A stretch of DNA of 64,000 nt from Bispira polyomma (Eukaryota): positions 8,680,001-8,744,000 of the forward strand of contig OZ287751.1 in assembly GCA_965649765.1 (NCBI GenBank). Reading direction: 5' to 3'. A program made the translations under genes and the position numbers. Numbering within the stretch: position 1 is the stretch's first letter; each line of letters opens with the position of its first letter. The notes beneath the pieces are model-generated. The model was not told the DNA's origin and searched no databases. It saw nothing but the letters and a program-made list of their open reading frames with translations. This document shows, in pieces, positions 63,301 to 64,000 of the stretch.

Positions 63301-64000
63301 TAACTTGTGATGGAGGAATCCAGAGGAGGAGTGTATTGTGTCAAGATGAGTCAGGTTGTTCTACGGATGACAAGCCAGCTTCTGAAAGGACTTGCAATCC
63401 GAATCCTTGTATCAATAGTGAGGCCATCACACAACCACAATCGGATCAAGGATTCCTACCAAATGCCAATACAGAAACTTTTAAAGTCTGGAATTTTGGA
63501 TCCCAAGAAAAAAATCAAACTGTAAAGAAATGGAAAAGAACTGGTCAGCTCAAGCTGGGCACGACTAAAGTAAAAGATAACTTCAGAAAGCTGAATGTAG
63601 CACGCGATATACCAAAATCAGATATGCCTACAGTGGAAGAAGATTTCATGCTAGTTGACCCTAAAGGTGTTTTGTCGAGTAATGTTAAACCATCCTCAGA
63701 TCAATATATCTGGGTGCCACTGCCCTGGAATGTCTGTTCTGTATCCTGTGGTGGAGGACAAAAACAACGGGAAGTTAAATGTTTCCACAAGCATACGCTG
63801 GAAGAATCGCAGGACAGAAATTGTCAGGAATTAGATAAACCTACAAATTCTGCAGAATGTAATGATGAATCTTGTGTTCACTGGGCAACAGGACAGTGGG
63901 GTGATTGCTCAAAGACTTGTGACAATGGCTACAGAACCAGAAATGTTAACTGTGTACAGCAAGGAACGCCAGGAGTGCCAAGTGAGAGTTGTGACGAAAA
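60339..64000 (+). CDS. ADAMTS7/12: ADAMTS7/12-like secreted metalloprotease, intronless, 3'-incomplete
   Basis: Translated by hand: at least 1220 codons with no stop. Signal peptide ([29 protein letters not shown]), prodomain with SCGV, furin site RRRKKR|SFS (~61145), [22 protein letters not shown] (near-identical to vertebrate ADAMTS7), zinc motif [12 protein letters not shown] (61599-61634) and Met-turn. Then disintegrin-like, central TSR, Cys-rich, spacer, three TSRs, a linker and further TSRs. In-frame TGA upstream at 60228. Confidence 0.96.
   Translation, partial: [1220 protein letters not shown]

Noticed and set aside
60368-63525. Short alternative-frame and antisense ORFs listed within 60.3-63.5 kb
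   Set aside because: They are shadows of the ADAMTS reading frame.

Overview
AT-rich animal genomic DNA; the innexin sequence suggests a lophotrochozoan invertebrate. Two host genes lie on the + strand. (i) The first coding exon of an innexin (48794-48987), with candidate 5'-UTR exons upstream and no second coding exon visible in the window. (ii) An ADAMTS7/12-type metalloprotease whose ORF runs from 60339 off the window end with no stop and no intron (at least 1220 codons). The supplied ORF track misses it because it has no stop codon here. It looks like an intronless retrogene, apparently nested on the same strand inside the innexin intron. A near-full-length DIRS-order (tyrosine recombinase) retrotransposon occupies about 11.6-17.3 kb. 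It has a canonical -1 ribosomal frameshift signal (A_AAA_AAC, 7-nt spacer, stem-loop) joining gag to pol, and phase-matched splice sites that could join gag to the recombinase. The innexin exon/intron junction has itself been amplified into a decaying ~81-bp tandem array of pseudo-donor sites. The rest is repeat-rich non-coding DNA: tRNA-derived SINEs (several with target-site duplications (TSDs), one head-to-head fusion), L2-type LINE fragments, Helentron-like, Crypton-like and Harbinger-like non-autonomous elements, minisatellites and a U6 retropseudogene. I found no rRNA, functional tRNA or CRISPR array. All calls come from reading the sequence by eye; no database search was run.
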